Shown: piece by piece, positions 1 to 12,810 of the stretch
Layout of the letters: every line of letters begins with the position of its first letter
How positions within the stretch are numbered: position 1 is the stretch's first letter
DNA from: Glaucostegus cemiculus
Lineage: Eukaryota
Assembly (NCBI GenBank): GCA_976551045.1
Contig: CDPCPM010000052.1
Location: forward strand, 10,044,001-10,108,000
DNA length: 64,000 nt
Direction of reading: 5' to 3'
Notes under the pieces: model-generated
Database searches by the model: none
The model's input: only the letters and a program-made list of their open reading frames with translations
Told to the model about the DNA's origin: nothing
Translations under genes and position numbers: made by a program

Positions 1-130
1 ATAAACAAAGATAATGTTTCAGGTATTTGAAAGGCCACCGATCTGAAACAGTGACTGCTGCTCTCTCCAAAGATGCTGCCTCTCTGTGTTTCTCTTTTAT
101 TTTTGCATAATTTCCTTGCACTTGTATTTT
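1..130. mobile_element. Penelope-like element 3'-tail remnant (partial)
   Basis: ctgaaacagtgactgctgctctctccaaagatgctgcct resembles the tail at 20480-20600, 21760-21870 and 61565-61690. Confidence 0.5.
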
Positions 131-241
131 CCTCTGATAATGAAATCCAGAAACATGTATTATTCTATTAATAGAATCATTGGACAAATCTTACTGGTTG
201 TGGCCGTCCTTCTCTGAACTGCTGATAGTCAACTGTATCTA

Positions 242-878
242 CAGAATCAGAATCAGTTTTATTGTCACAACCATATACACACACAGTATGCATAGGAGCG
301 AGATACCGTACTCCACAGGTGCACATTACATTAAATATTAAACAGAAGAGACACACAGACAGAAAGACACTGAAAAACAGTAGAACCACAAAAATTAAAT
401 TAAATTATGCAACTTAAATAAATAGTCTTAAAATGAGCGAACTAGCAGCGGACATTTAAAGTGCTGGTGCGTTTCTGTATTCCTAGCATCCTTTAGTGTT
501 GGCAGGAGAGATGAGTTCACAGATCTAATAGCTTGTGGGAAGAAGCTATTACACAGCCTGGTTGTTCTTGCCCTGATGCATTTGAGCCTTCTTCCAGATG
601 GCAAGAGTGTGAAGAGATGATGGGAGGGGTGAGGAGGATCCAACATTATATTTTTGGCCTTCCTAACACCACATGGCCAGTTGCTTCACCTCTTCTCTGT
701 AGTCCGACTCATTGTTGTTCATGATGAGACCCACCACTGTTGTGTCATCAGCGAACTTAACAATGTGGTTAGAGCTGGATCTGGCCACGCAGTCGTGAGT
801 CAACAAGGTGAACAGGAGTGGGCTGAGCACACAACCCTGAGGGGAGCCAGTGCTCAGTGTGATGGTGCTCCAGGTACA
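242..878 (-). mobile_element. Rex1/Babar-type LINE, 5'-truncated and internally deleted
   Basis: Minus-strand peptides TITLSTGSPQGCVLSPLLFTLLTHDC...IVKFADDTTVVGLI (RT motifs) and HPSHHLFTLLPSGRRLKCIRARTTRLCNSFFPQAIR (Rex-Babar C-terminus). The 3' end has AATAAA and a (CTGATT)n tail at 242-265. Confidence 0.85.
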
Positions 879-1394
879 CAAGCAAGCCCCAGATTTACAT
901 GGGCCCTCTGTAGGTCTGAGACAAACTCACTGACAGATACCACTGATCCTTCACCGTCAGAGGTGGGAAATGACTGAAGACCCCATTCACTTCAATGGAT
1001 GTTTTCAACCTGGTGAATGGGAGAGGTAGGCAATATTATTTTAAAAATTTTATTTCAATCTAATCTTTTTATTGATGTGTATGTTCACGTGTTTTAATAA
1101 CTTTAATTTTTCATATAGTTTTTATAATTTCTTCAGTATTCATAGTTTATAAATGTCCTTGAGTATCAGAGATATTTAAAAAGTTTAAAATTGCTTTGAA
1201 GGAGATGATGCTGCAGTCCAGATGATTCCTGGGGCAGGTCCTCAGAACTGGCTGCCTCAGGCCTTGCTACCAATTGGCAAAATCAGCTTTCTGCATCTGG
1301 CTCAGCTTCATTTTTTTTCTGAAATTCCATTGACGATGTTTAAGGATCGGTGTTAACAGTGATGAAATATTCTGTTGTTATTCCAATTGTTAGC

Positions 1395-1945
1395 ATTTCC
1401 TCAGTAGATATTTGCAGTGTCAGTATTCCCAGTACTGATACTCTCAGTGTTTGCTTTACCATTGCTGATATGCAATATATTATAATTTTTATTCCCAGTA
1501 TTAATATTGCCAGTGATAAAATTACCAGTGCTGATATTCCCGGTTAGTGTTTCCAGTGCTAACACTCCCAGTGTCAATGTTTCCAATATTGATATCCCCA
1601 GTTTCACTGTTTCTGGTGGTGACACTCTCAGCGATAGTATTTCCAGTGGTGACACTCCCAGTGTCAATGTCTGCAGTGGTGACACTCCCAGTGCCAGTGT
1701 CTTCAGTGGTAATGGTCCCAGTGCCAGTGTCTGAAGTGGTGATGCTCACAGTGTCAGTGTTTCCAGTGGTGATGCTCACAGTGTCAGTGTCTGCAATGGT
1801 GACGCTCCCAGTGTAAGTGTCTGCAGTGGTGACACTCCCAGTCTCAGTGGCAGCAGTGGCAACATTCCCAGTGTCAGTGCTTCCAGTGGTGACACTCCCA
1901 GTGTCAGTGCTTCCAGTGCCGGTACCCTCACTGATGATATTCCCC
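1395..1945. repeat. 30-bp minisatellite (consensus approx. cagtggtgacactcccagtgtcagtgtctg)
   Basis: About 18 units; well preserved at 1640-1920 and increasingly degenerate and AT-rich toward 1400. Confidence 0.9.
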
Positions 1946-2989
1946 ATGGTCTTCGATCCTCTTTCAATGATTTAGTAATTGATACTTTGCTCCTTTTGTC
2001 CTGTTTGGGTGCCAGGAATCCATGAAAACAAACAGTTTGAATGAATTCAAAGCTTGTGCAGGCTGTCTCCCATGATCATTAAATTATACATGGGGCAGGT
2101 GAGAGGGGTTGGCACCTGGATTGTAATTTCAGCTGTTGCATCCTCCCATCCTCCACTGACCTCTGGTTTAGTATTTCCTCTCTGCCTCTTGTAAAATCAG
2201 TCACATTTAAACCACAATCGACTACCATGCAAGCCGGGCAAAGATTAACTAAACAGAAAGATATGAGCGGCTGCTGGAAAGTAAAAGCTATGGTACTTGG
2301 GAGCCCAGAGTGTTCCACCCCTCCACCACGGCACAGAATCTACCGTGCATCTCGGAATCGGCTGAGCTTTCTGCCTGTGGCCACCGGCCTTTGAAACCTG
2401 CCTCAGTGGGGGAGTCCTCAGCCTGTCACAGCTCCTGCCCACAACCCAAGGTCGCCAAACCTGCAGGACTGTCTGGAGTCTCCAGGGATCACAGGTTATT
2501 TCCCAGGACGCTGCTCTGAGCAACACCTGGGAGAAAAACCATCCAAGCCTATCTTTAAAAAATATATCGGAAATATTAAAGAGTTCTGAAGATTTTTGTT
2601 TTTTAGTCATAAAAGTAATGGCAATGGGAATAGGAAAGGCCTTTAGGCATACAATCAATAATCATCAATTTGTGATGCAAAGAGGCAACTTTCCTTCTAA
2701 TTGGCCATGGGAGGACAAGCTCTGGTGATGGACATGTTAGGTGACCAATGACAAGGATATGTTGGTGGAGCTGTTGGAAATGTGAAACCTTCAAGAATAT
2801 GTTTAGCCAGAGTTGGTAAATGTACCCCTCCTGATAACCCCCATGGGGTAGTTTGCTTTGTAAGAGGTATTAAATAAATGTGAGATATTGTTAGAAAGAC
2901 TTCAGCCTCCAGTCAAAGCAAACTTGTTCATTGTCTAAACCCTCAGTGTTTCTTTTTCAGGATAAGTTCCCTTTTTATAGTGGAGTTCA

Positions 2990-3565
2990 CTGTGTCAGCC
3001 TTTGACCAGAAGGTTGTGGGTTCAAGTCCCATTCTGGAGACTTGAGCACGCAAACTAGCAAAAGCTTCTGACTGAAGAATATTACTAAAGAAGTGTAGCA
3101 GTTGCAGTTCAAAACCAGTGAGGCGATGTCTGTTTTTTCAGCTAGATACTAACAATTCCAAGGTGTATTTTGAAAAAGCGGGAGGTTCTCCTGGTGTCTT
3201 GGCCAACATTCATCCCCTATCCCAGAGTCTTGAGAATAAAGATCTCAGCTAACACTGCAGTGGATTACTGAGGGAAGCCTTGTACATTTGAGATAGTCTT
3301 TCAAAAGAGGCATTTAAGCCATTGCTCCACGGTGCCCTTTTAAATAGAAGCAAAAATAATCCCATGGCACTAATTTAAAGGAGAGCAGAAGTGTTATCCC
3401 GGCAGGGTTGAAAACAGATTATCTGGTCTTTGTCACACTGCTGTTTACTGGAGCTTGCTGTATGCTGCATACTTTGCACTTGTATCTACATTTTAAGATA
3501 ATAATTGGCTGTGAAGCACTTCAGTGCTATTTGAGGTTGTGAAAACATTGCAAGTCTGTCTTTTT
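2990..3565 (+). mobile_element. Two adjacent Deu-domain SINE copies (SacSINE1/AmnSINE1-like)
   Basis: B-box gggttcaagtccc, then ggagacttgagcac..., ggttctcctggtgtcttggccaacatt. The second copy has tcccatggcacta... and an L2-like tail (ttggctgtgaagcac...gaggttgtgaaa). Confidence 0.7.
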
Positions 3566-4589
3566 AATGTTGAAACAGAATTCTGAGATTTCAACACATC
3601 CTTTCTTCTGGTTTTAATGCTCAATTTTCATAGTGAGTTGCAATACTGCACAGCAGTGAATTTGCCAAACAAATCGTTTATCTCCTCATGTGTCAAAATT
3701 GTGTTTGAATTCACTCCTGTGAAGGGCTGTGGAATGTTTATCTACATTGATGGAGACTTTCTTGTCTGTGATGGAGAGCCAGTTGGGAGTTGCTTTTATT
3801 TTCCACTTGTTACTACAACTCTCTGCTTCCCTACAGACACCCGCCTTACAAAACCAAATAACATCCATGTCTATCAACAACAGGCTGGATAGATCAGATG
3901 ATCTCCCTTGTCTGCTGTTGTCAGTCTCCTTGTGCATTTATTATATTCATTTCTAAATGAGAAGCCCGTTCATTTTAATTTGTTAAATATGTTTTTATGT
4001 TAGGATTAAAAGTGGTTCTACCTCAGCCCAATGAAGTCATTTGTGTAAGTGGTTTGATGCAAGTTCCCTTAAGTTTTATGTAGATGGCATCTCCGCTCAC
4101 ATCAGTAACTTGCTGTCCCTGCTCCCTGTTTAATGGGCTTGGTTGATTTGTAGGCTGCAATATAATTAACTAATCCGGCAGAGAACTAAAACTGAAGCTG
4201 CCTTTAGTGCGTTCATTTAACAACGTTCACTTAAGAAAAGAGAGATCGATTTATGGATTTAATGGATTGAGTGAGGTTGCAAAGACTGGGCACTGGGAGC
4301 TGAGCCTTTAAACAATACCAAATGTAGAACTGATGTCCGAAAGTGTTCCCCAAGACCTTACTTCAATATAGTTAGTAACTACACCTTGTTCACAGCTCAG
4401 GGAATCACAAGGGATCTTTCATGTTTAGAGTGAGGTGCTGTATGTATTTGCAGAGTGTCCCTAGAAGTATTATTTATTATCTACAGAGAGTCACTAGGAG
4501 TGTGCCATTATTTACAGAGGTAATACACTGGTGTGGACTGAGGATTGTTTAATATACAGAAAATAGAGAGTATGTATAAGCAGATCATT

Positions 4590-5490
4590 TTCAGATTGGG
4601 ACGCTGTGACTGATGGGGTGCTGCAGGGATTGCTACTGGGGCCCACTGTCCGTGGTCTATATCAATGATTCGGATCAAGGGCTCAAGCGTAATATGCTGA
4701 CTGTCGTATAAGTTATGAGGAGGAAGCAAAGAGGCTTCAAGGGGAACAGAGTGAATGAGTGAGGCTGTGGCAGATGAAACATAACGTGGAAAAATGTGGG
4801 GTCATACTTTGATGGAAAAAAGAGAAAAGCAGATCTTATTTTAAATGGTGAGAGACTGAAAGGTGTTCGTAATGGGAGGGACGTGGGTGTCCTTGTACAC
4901 AAATCACTTAAAGTTAACATATCGGTGCAACAAGCAATTAGGAAGCAAATGTTATGTTGCAAGAGGATGTGATTATAAGAGTCAAGGTACCCTGGGCAAA
5001 TGCATTAAGTAAAGGGCCATGGGGAAAATGCACCTGGCATATTGTGTACAGGTCTGGTCTCCTCACCCATGGATGGAAATATTTCCAATAGAGGGAGGAA
5101 AACAAAGGTTCACCTGAATGACTCCTGGGTTGGGAGGGATTGTCCTCTGAAGAGAGATTAAGCAGATCCAGCCTATATTCTAGAGCGTTTAAAGGAGTAA
5201 GAAGTGATCTTGTTGAAATGTACACAATTCTCAAAGGGTTTAATAGGGTAGATGTAGGGTATTGTTTCCCCTGGCCGGGGTGTTAGTCCCAGGTGTCTCA
5301 ACCTCAAAATAAAGCATCAGGACGGAGACATTCCATTCAGAAAGGTCTTTACCCGAGGGGGTGGTGACTCTGGATTTCTCTACCTTAGAGGGCTGTGCAG
5401 ACTCAGTGCATTCAAAACCGAAAACAGCAAGTTTTGGAATGAGTCATGGGGCATGGGTTTAGTACAGGAAGGCGGCAATGAGGTAAAAGG
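4590..5490 (+). mobile_element. Degenerate CR1-type LINE fragment
   Basis: ggggtgctgcagggattgctactggggccc (GVPQGSVLGP-like), tattgtgtacaggtctggtctcct (YCVQFWSP-like) and agaagtgatcttgttgaaatgtacaca (RGDLIE.YK-like); many frameshifts. Confidence 0.8.
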
Positions 5491-6524
5491 TTAGATCAGG
5501 TTTAGTTTCACCACAGCTGGATCGGGTTCGGCCTGGGTCTTAATTTTATACCCGAGCAGACCTTTAGGGTGTCAGTATTTACAGGAGCCTCCTCCACCAA
5601 CACTCCTCCAACCCTGAAGTACTTAAATTTGACCCCAGAGAGTGTGCAGATGTATATAGGCTATACCGAGAAGCACATCAGTATTCACAAGGACTACCTC
5701 AGTAATTGTAGCAGGTGCCTAGGATTGTGCTGAAGTGTGTAGAGTTTCCTGGTATATGCAGGAAGTTACACTATTTAACTGTAAGTGCATTGCACTCATA
5801 TCCAAACCTGAAATCAAGACTTTGCACCCCCTCCCCATCACCACCAGCACCAGTAGGTGGGAGTGAGCAGGAATGAGACTGCTGACTAGTTAGCCCAAGG
5901 AAACACTGAAGTCAATGACAATTTCTAAAACGCTTTCTCAGTCACGTCAGCACAGACTCAGGAATCAAGCCACAAGACACAGCTGGCTGAGTTTTAACTT
6001 ACAGAAGTTATATGGATGACATGTGCCTGTGTTTTCAAATAGACAGGAAAATGAGAACTGTAGCCATCTAAAGTGTATGATGTTTTATTACGCGGGGAAC
6101 ATCTTCACTGTCCAGATGAATGGCTTCTCACATTAGCATTTATGTTAGCGTTTATATGTTAGCATTTGTTATCATGTTAGCATTTATATATTTATCTTCT
6201 TGATCAGTGTGGGGCCTATCAATGTGGAAAACTCCAAACTCTCTGCAAGATGTTTGAAGACAGTGTGACATCGTGTATGTGTTCCTCTGTCTCAAACAGA
6301 GCTCTGGTTCTCTTCAAAGCACAGTCACCCAAAGGCTGGTTTCCTGTTTCCTACCAAACACTTCCCTTTAACAAGTTTTCAAAATAGAAACCTGCTTTAT
6401 TCCACAATGGAATCCTGGACAGTCTCTTCCCTTCACTAATTCCTGGCCCAGAAGGACTGTTCCTCTCTCACCACCAGCCTCTCTTTCACTACCAGCCTCT
6501 CTCTCTCAGATTCTCTCTCATCCC

Positions 6525-6910
6525 ATCTTCTGACTCGGAAGTTCATGGGCTCAGCTCCCAATCCAGACTCTTGAGCACAATCCCCAGGCTGAAAATCCAA
6601 GTGCAGTACAGAGAGTGTGCTGCACTGTTGGAGGTGCCATTTTTCAACCTGCTCTTGACACGTGAGAGATCCCTCAACATTAAACTGACCAAGAACATGA
6701 GAGATCTCCCCATTATCCAGAGGTTAATATTTATCCCTCAAGCACATCTACAAGGCAGATAATCTGCCTGTTAACTTGAGTACAGCAAACTCCCATTGGA
6801 GTTAAGTGTCACAAATCTATGCTAACAACAGTATTCCAAAAGTACTTCATGGCTATAAACTGCTTTGGGACATAATGAGGTGTACAAGATATTATGCAAA
6901 TTAAAATCTG
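6525..6910 (+). mobile_element. Deu-domain SINE
   Basis: cttgagcacaatccccaggctgaaaatccaagtgcagtacagagagtgtgctgcactgttggaggtgcc core plus the ccaaaagtacttcatggctataaactgctttgggaca tail. Confidence 0.75.
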
Positions 6911-7809
6911 TTATAGAAGTAACAGTTAATGACTGCATACATTTTCCAGTAAATCTTCCGTATGGCAAATTTTAAAACTCTGCAGTGAAGTAAATATGCA
7001 CAGTTTAATTTTTCTACAGTAACACCTAAGAAGACTTTTTTCTTCCCAGACTCTGAAACTCACACCACAAGTTTAAATTTGGAAAATACCTTAGATTGCC
7101 AACTAGCTCCCCACATTAATTAACACAAAGGGGAAGGAGTGCGAAATTTGACAGATACATTCCTTATTCCACCGCACATAGCAAAATGTCCTGCAGTTCC
7201 ATAGGTATCTGCTGAAAGACCCTCAGGCAGTCCTCAGAAACAAGGATAATTTACTTCCATTCCAATTCCGTGGGCTCTAAGGTCAACGTGGGAGCCACAG
7301 ACTTTGTAATGTGAGCAGGAGATGCTTGGTGGAGCAGGTGGACTGTTTAGGAGACGGCGCTCTCCTGCCACCTTCTATTGCTGGGCTTTTGTGTGCTCCC
7401 AACACATGGAGTTGACATCCTGAATGCCACTCGTCTACTTGGTTTGATTGTCCTGCCAATAGATTCAGGGAATTTTGCAGAGACAGCGTTGGTTGTATCT
7501 CTGTGGTACTTTGAGTTGCCTTTTGTGGATAATTTAAGTCTGGGGGGGCAGGGATCACTGCTGATCAATAGACCATGATGTCTGGACTGTGAAGTGATAA
7601 CCTACAAACTGCCTTTTCCTCAGACCACAAAGGCTGTGCTGGTGCACTCAAGGTGATGAAGAACTTTGTCGTTGCTGTCTGCCTTCGCTGAGAGATGGTT
7701 CCTGAGATATGATAAATAATTATTAAGCACTATATCAAAATGGTATACATGTATAGCAAGAACTGTGTGAATTAAGCAATGTAGTTATGAATCATTGCTT
7801 AGATGTTGG

Positions 7810-8140
7810 CTAGAACTGCCTACCCAGCCTGGCACCACACTTTAAGAAGGGTTGTAAGGCATGAGGGAGTCTGCAGAGAAGACTTATGGGAATGATACCA
7901 CAGGTAAGAAACCTTGAGATCAGAGAAGGTTAAAGGAAGATTTAATAGAGGCAAATTTATAAGAGACTTTGTAGAGAAGATAGGATTTAGAAACAGGCAG
8001 AAAGGTCAGTATCACAATGACACAGATTAAATCTTATTGGGAAAAAGACCCAGAGGAGATTTGTTTTATCCGCCCACTGAGTTGTTAAGATCTGGAAAGG
8101 GCAATGCAGTAGATTCATTATAACTTTCAATAGAGAAATG
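7810..8140 (+). mobile_element. Highly decayed CR1 3' fragment
   Basis: ggcaccacactttaagaagg...cagagaaggttaaaggaagatttaatagagg corresponds to the WSPHYRKD...RRLRGDLIE region. Confidence 0.6.
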
Positions 8141-8142
8141 GG

Positions 8143-8480
8143 TTGCATGGTAATATAGCATTCAGCACTGGTACCTCAGAGCTCCAGGGAGCCGGGTTCG
8201 ATCATGACCTTGGGTACTGTCAGTGTGGAGTTTGCATGTTTTCCATGTTACCTCATAGGTTTCTTCCCATGTCACAAAAGATGTGCTGGTAAGTTAGTTA
8301 GCTACTGTAAATTACCCCTTGGTGCAGCTAATTGGAAAAAGAATCAAGTTGATGGGCATGAGTCACATGTTGATTTGCTACAAGGAAATACATAAAAAGG
8401 CTTGTGGAATGGATGGGATGTCTCTGCTAGGAGCTGGCATGGACCTGATGGGCTGAGTTACCTCATTCAGTGCTGTAATA
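8143..8480 (+). mobile_element. V-domain SINE (HE1-like)
   Basis: tRNA-derived head with B-box gggttcgatc, V-domain gtgtggagtttgcatgttttcc...ggtttc, and a CR1-like tail (ggacctgatgggctgag...gtgctgta). Confidence 0.7.
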
Positions 8481-8526
8481 AGTGTAAGTACTTTTGCAGA
8501 ACCACAGGAAGAAAAGGAGCACTGGG

Positions 8527-8656
8527 GATAACTGGACACAGCTGTAAAAGAACCATACATTCTGTGAAGCATGGTCCTTGATTTTATGAATTGATAATTG
8601 GACAGCTGTACAAGAACCATACATTCTGTGCAGAATGGTCCTTGATTTTATGAATT
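8527..8656. repeat. Imperfect tandem duplication of about 65 bp
   Basis: cagctgta.aagaaccatacattctgtg.ag.atggtccttgattttatgaatt occurs twice in direct tandem. Confidence 0.9.
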
Positions 8657-10424
8657 AAGAGTTATCAATTGGAGCGGTCCTATGAATAATTGAAGTGTTA
8701 TTAAAAATTAATTCCCAGGTTGTATGCATCATTGGCAAGGCTGACAGGTTTTGGCCATCACTTTTCGTTCTTGAGGTTATGCTGGGCCTTTGTAAGAAAG
8801 CCCATGTACATGCTGGATTGGGAGTTTCTTTTTATTTCTAACACAATTGTGGATTTTTACTATGGCTAAACATACTATGGACCAGAACGTGAAGGGTCAA
8901 AGAACAACTTAGCTCACTGTAGTGTTAACTTCTGCCGAAAGCTTAACCCATCTGAGCAGAGGTAGTCAGAAATTGTGAAGTGAGATGAGCCAGGGACAAA
9001 TGACGGAGAGCAACACAGTGAACTCAGTGACCAGTTTCATCTTGTGATGATAAACGAGCCAGCATCTGGTATTTTGTAGGAACTACCTCATTACTGCGAT
9101 GCTTTGTACAGGATAACTATATCAGGACATAATGAATCATCTTGGATACTATGTGCATGGCTAAAGACCTATAAACATTTTAAGCTTCCCTAGAGATGAA
9201 TAACAAAAGATTCAATAAGGCTTACAATAACACTGAGATGCAAACTACTGTACATCTATTGTTCAGAGGCAATGGATGAATCAACAACTTGTTGAACACA
9301 AAACATTGCCAATCCTTTTTAGCCGTGCAGTTGGAATTCTCTTCTACCTTATTCAGGAATGCTGCAATCAGTGTGGTGAAGAAACAAACGCAGTTCTGTT
9401 AGAGAGGGAGTTCCAGGATTTTGACCCAATGACAATCGGTCAATGCACGTCCAAACAGGAACCATGTGTAAGTTGGTGGGAAACCAGAGTGGAGGTGATG
9501 GTGTTTACCTACACTTGCTGCCTTTGTACTTTTTAAGTGAAGGAAATCTTTGGTGTGGTTTGAGAGAGGTTAGTTTACACTGAAATTGCTTTACCTTCAA
9601 AACTGCTCCATAGTCTTGGGTGACCTCCAACGAGCCCATTGGTGATACTTACATCAGTACAGCCACCACACAGATTTGCATGAATGATAGAGGAGTTGTG
9701 ATGTGCTAGATCCATGGCAAGAGCCATCAGCTGACCATGGTAACATTAGTGCTCTGCTACTAACAGAATGGCCTGATGGTCCAGAAGAGTAAGAGCATCT
9801 TCTCCTAAACCCCCCAGAGCCTCACTAATCCTGGCCTTCTGCACAGCAGGTCTTGCTAGGACCCCTGACCCCCTGTAAAGCCTTCTTTCCACAGATTCTG
9901 CCCACAGATGCTCCTGCCAGTTGCCATGTTCCTACTCTCAGCTTCCAGCGAGACAGGCAGAGGACCAGCCAAGAATTCTTCGAACAGGGTCCTGATGTTA
10001 TGATGATAGGAGACCTCCAGCTTCCCTGTTCCCTCCTCACTTCCTTGTTAACATCAGGGCCAACGAAAGTGGGACACCAAAGATAGACAATGTTGTTTCA
10101 GCCTGCTGGTTCTGTCTAGTAAACAGTAAGTAAATAGTCAACCAGTCTTCTGGGATGTGTAATTAATAACCTTTCTGATGAAGAACAATGGCAGGAGGGA
10201 GAAAGTTGGCCGAAGTGGACCTTTTATCAAATTTACAATTCAAGTCACACTCAGTCACTGTCCGTACAAATGGTGACTTCTCAACATCACCCACCAGTCA
10301 GAAGGAAGAGAAAGATCGGCATGGCTGTAAACTATTCATGCAATTATCCACCACCATTAAAGATTTAGAAGACAGCGTGTGTGTTCTGAAAAAAATACTC
10401 TGCTAAAAATAAATCTCGGCATCT

Positions 10425-10570
10425 TAAAAAAAGACTCACATCTATATGTGACCTCAGAATGTCCCAAAGCACTTCACAGTCAGTGAAGTGCTTTTTTGAA
10501 ATGTGGTCACTGTTGTAACATAGGAAAGGTAGTAGCCAATATTTGCACAGCAAACTCCCACTAACAATAA
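10425..10570 (-). mobile_element. Deu-SINE/L2-type 3' tail
   Basis: gacctcagaatgtcccaaagcacttcacagtcagtgaagtgc...tttgcacagcaaactccca is the reverse complement of the shared tail. Confidence 0.7.
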
Positions 10571-11526
10571 TGTCAAACTCCTCAGCACAGAAGGAGACAA
10601 CAAAGACAACAGATCAGTGAAGATTTTGATGTGTCTGAGTCTCTCCCACACCTACGTTAGGAAGGGAGCCTCTGGACTTCTGCCAGTGTTGGAGCTGACC
10701 AATGGAAGACACTGCATTCCTGGGCTGATGGCTCTTCTTGCCAGGCTGCCTGCCTGCCCTCACTGTGGGGAAAGGACTTACCCTGCTCCAGGCCTATGAT
10801 GAGGCAATTGAAATCAACCACTAACTGTGTGGGTGACTTGGCAACTCTGGTTGAATGATTTGTGAGAGCTTTTGCCACATTACTTCCTGCTCCAGCCATT
10901 GGTCCGCTGACATGTCCATTCTTATAGAGTACCAGTCAGAAAGTGACCAGAACTGTTATCTGGTGATTCTTGAGTCAAACACATTTTTTATTCTCTTCAA
11001 TGTATTTCTCATTATTACTCTGATTTAACTGTCGGAGGAAACTCCAGGCCAACCTTGATAGTTAACAACCTTACCAAAGGTGCAGCAAACCCTGGTCTTT
11101 GTTGTACCCTGATGGGGCCTCCACGTGCTGCCCAGAGGTCCTCAAACTTAACTTGTTCTTTGATTATCTGAGGCATGAGCTGGAGCAAGTTAGAGCTGGA
11201 TGGTTGGGGCTGAGGACAGAGCAGTCCTTTGCAGTTCTTTTTCTCCAGTAATGTGGTGGTTGGTAGTTTTACTCTTTGTAGGTTAAGTAAGTGTGACAGG
11301 AGTCCATTTTGCATCTACAAATTTCCAAACATTGTTAAGCAGTTTGATGAAAGCAATATAATGAGAGTGTTTGTCACTTTTCTCAATTTCTGAAACAACA
11401 GAGACCTCAATCTCTCAGCCTTGCATTGTACATTATGCCTTTGGAGAATTCAGACAGACAACCATGCTCTGAATCTGGAAGAACCTAACATCTGAACTGA
11501 AATGCAGTTTAAATTGTGAGAGGTTA

Positions 11527-11870
11527 ATCATAGAATCATAGAAGGTACAGCACAATACAGGCCATTCAACCCACAATGTTGTGCCGACCTTTAAACCTCA
11601 CCTAAGACTATCTAACTCCTCCCTCCACCCCCACATAACCCTTTATTTTAAATTCCTCCATATGCCTATGTAGAAATCTCTTGAATTTGACCAATGTACC
11701 TGCCCCCACCACTGCCCCAGGCAGCACATTCCATGCCCCAACCACTCTCTGGGTACAAAACCTCCCTCTGATATCTCCCTTGAACTTCCCACCCATTACT
11801 TTAAAGCCTTGCCTTCTTGTATTGAGCACTGGTGCCCTGGGAAAGAGGTGCTGGCCGTCCACTCTGTCTG
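11527..11870 (-). mobile_element. Young CR1-type LINE 3' end
   Basis: Peptide LFPRAPVLNTRRQGFKVMGGKFKGDIRGRFCTQRVVGAWNVLPG with tail atcatagaatcatagaa; same subfamily as 33891-35030. Confidence 0.85.
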
Positions 11871-12264
11871 TGGGAGTGTGTGGAGGGGAGGCTTGTGCTC
11901 ATTAAATCAATGTGTAACACTCACTGAAGAAGGTGCATGAGGTTATAATGCAGAGCTGCTTCGAACACAGTACACAATTGTCATCCACCAGGAACTTCCC
12001 TTGTTCTGCAGTGCAAGCCATGTATTCAGGACAGGTCTGCAAAGGGTCTCACTGTAATAAAATGACAATGACAATGTGCAAAGTCCACGCAGATGGCACC
12101 CAAGCTCAGATTGAACCTGGGTCTCTGGTGCTGTGAGGAAGTGGCATCACTCGCTGTGTCACTGGGCTGTTCCAAGAGCAGGGTTGTAAAGGGGGGCAGC
12201 ATCCCATCCTGAAAAGTTTGGTCACTTGATTATAGAAAGCCACATCTAAAGGAGAATCTTATAG

Positions 12265-12495
12265 TACAGGAGCTGGACCATCACCGGTTGGTTCTGGTTG
12301 CATCATCACCTGGTATGGAGGCTCCAATGTGCAGGATCGAAAGAGGCTGCAGAGGGTTGTGGACTCATCCATCTCCATCATGGACATCCTCAAGAGGCAG
12401 TGCCTCAGAAAGGCGGCATCCATCATTAAGGGCCCTCACCATCAGGGACCTGCCTTCTTCACATTACTACCATCGGGGAGGAGGTACAGGAGCTT
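12265..12495 (+). mobile_element. Rex1/Babar-type LINE fragment
   Basis: QDRKRLQRVV...CLRKAASIIKGPHHQGPAFFTLLPSGRRYRSL. Confidence 0.8.
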
Positions 12496-12810
12496 GATTT
12501 TAAAAAGGAATTTTGAGGAGAGAGTTGGAGAGCAGAGAGATTTAGGGAGGGAATTCCATGACTCAGCTAGGGCACGGCTGCTAGTGGTGGGGTGAGAAAA
12601 TTCAGGGAGGTGCAAGAATCCAGAATTGGAGGAGTGCAGAAATCTTAAAGGATTGGGGAAGTTTACAGATACAGGGAAGGCCAAATGCTGGAAGGTTTTG
12701 AACAGGTGAATTAGAACCCAAAGCATTCCCAGTCCAGTGGGAACACGGGTCTGTATCTGCAGGAGTGGCAGTAAACCAGTCTTGGTCAGATTAAGAGCAG
12801 CAGGGTTTCA
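12496..12810 (-). mobile_element. L2-type LINE 3' fragment
   Basis: Minus-strand LRFLHSSNSGFLHLP...WNSLPKSL...FK matches the L2 ORF2 C-terminal pattern (LRSS...WNSLP). Confidence 0.65.

Noticed and set aside
1395-1945. CRISPR-like array
   Set aside because: Contiguous tandem units without unique spacers, in vertebrate DNA with no cas genes.
10403-10412. Isolated perfect MEF2 site CTAAAAATAA downstream of PLPP7
   Set aside because: A single AT-rich 10-mer next to a SINE tail is expected by chance in 64 kb.
11900-12040. Possible snRNA or snoRNA in unique-looking sequence
   Set aside because: No match to any RNA family I can recall and no convincing C/D or H/ACA box arrangement.
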